Below, piece by piece: positions 42,554 to 43,104 of a stretch of DNA of 43,104 nucleotides (position 1 is its first letter; each line of letters begins with the position of its first letter). A program made the position numbers and the translations under genes. The notes under the pieces were generated by a model. That model did no database searches. It saw nothing but the letters and a program-made list of their open reading frames with translations, and was not told the DNA's origin. Source of the DNA: a phage; the sequence record PZ445418.1. The stretch is one strand, 5' to 3'.

Positions 42554-43104
42554 ATGGCAGAAATCAAAGTTAAGGGCCGACGCGCCAAACTGGACGGACG
42601 AGTGGCAGTAACCCCGCGCCGTAAACCTGGCGAGCAAACAGAACACACCAATCTCGGGCCGGAGATCGAATACGGCAAGCGCCGTAGAGGCGGCAAATGT
42701 GGACGTCCTACCGACTACCGTACCGTGTATTGTGACCAGCTTCGCCGCTATTTCGCCGATGCCGTAGCCTGGCAAATCAACTACTCCGACAAAGGTGCTG
42801 CGCAGGTAATCCCTCGCAACAAGATGCCGACTCTAGGTCGCTTTGCCGCAGATATTGGTGTAGGCGTCGCCTGCCTGTACCGCTGGGCGCGCGCACATGA
42901 GGAGTTCGCCGAGGCGATGGCGGACGCTATGGAGTTGCAGAAAACGTTCCTGATGGAAGCTGGCGGCGTGACCATCGCGGCGGGCTTCGCTACCTTCCTG
43001 CTTAAAGCCAACCACGGCGTCCGGGACGATGTACCGCTGGATGACGACGAAGATGATAACGGCGACGTCGTTGTGGAGCCTACTGGCAAAGGTCAGGGTG
43101 AGTA
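42554..43104 (+). CDS. terS: terminase small subunit (stop codon completed by position 1)
   Basis: HTH-like PTLGRFAADIGVGVACLYRWA, acidic C-terminus, directly precedes TerL; RBS AAAGGG. Confidence 0.65.
   Translation, partial: MAEIKVKGRRAKLDGRVAVTPRRKPGEQTEHTNLGPEIEYGKRRRGGKCGRPTDYRTVYCDQLRRYFADAVAWQINYSDKGAAQVIPRNKMPTLGRFAADIGVGVACLYRWARAHEEFAEAMADAMELQKTFLMEAGGVTIAAGFATFLLKANHGVRDDVPLDDDEDDNGDVVVEPTGKGQGE

Noticed and set aside
1-43104. Prophage or integrative element interpretation (integrase, repressor, att sites)
   Set aside because: No ORF with tyrosine or serine recombinase signatures, no CI/Cro-like pair and no flanking host genes; the gene content is that of a self-contained virulent phage genome.

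Overview
The 43,104-bp window reads as a complete, compact genome of a virulent tailed phage with a lambda-like tail module, linearised at the terminase large-subunit start codon. The small-terminase ORF at the right end lacks only the last base of its stop codon, which position 1 supplies (TA|ATG), so the molecule is circular or circularly permuted. Plus strand: TerL, portal, MuF-like head protein, putative Rz/Rz1 spanins, scaffold, major capsid, connector proteins, major tail protein, G/GT chaperone with a -1 slip site, tape measure, gpM/L/K/I/J-like tip proteins and two fibre loci. After the replication block the plus strand continues with an HTH protein, primase-ATPase, a cassette of small unknown genes, holins, a GH24-like endolysin, an Ig-like (Big_2) protein and TerS. 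Minus-strand block (24.5-35.1 kb): acidic early protein, Cas4-like nuclease, DUF2815-like SSB, family-A DNA polymerase, VRR-NUC, SNF2 helicase, C5-MTase-like protein, HNH-like protein and Dam methyltransferase. Noncoding highlights are two copies of a GGGACAG-iteron element, a recurrent ATTGGTTGCA promoter motif, and a repeat/palindrome-rich region after the primase. No integrase, repressor, tRNA or CRISPR array was seen. All calls are from reading the sequence and the ORF track; no database search was run, and family names are from memory of conserved motifs.
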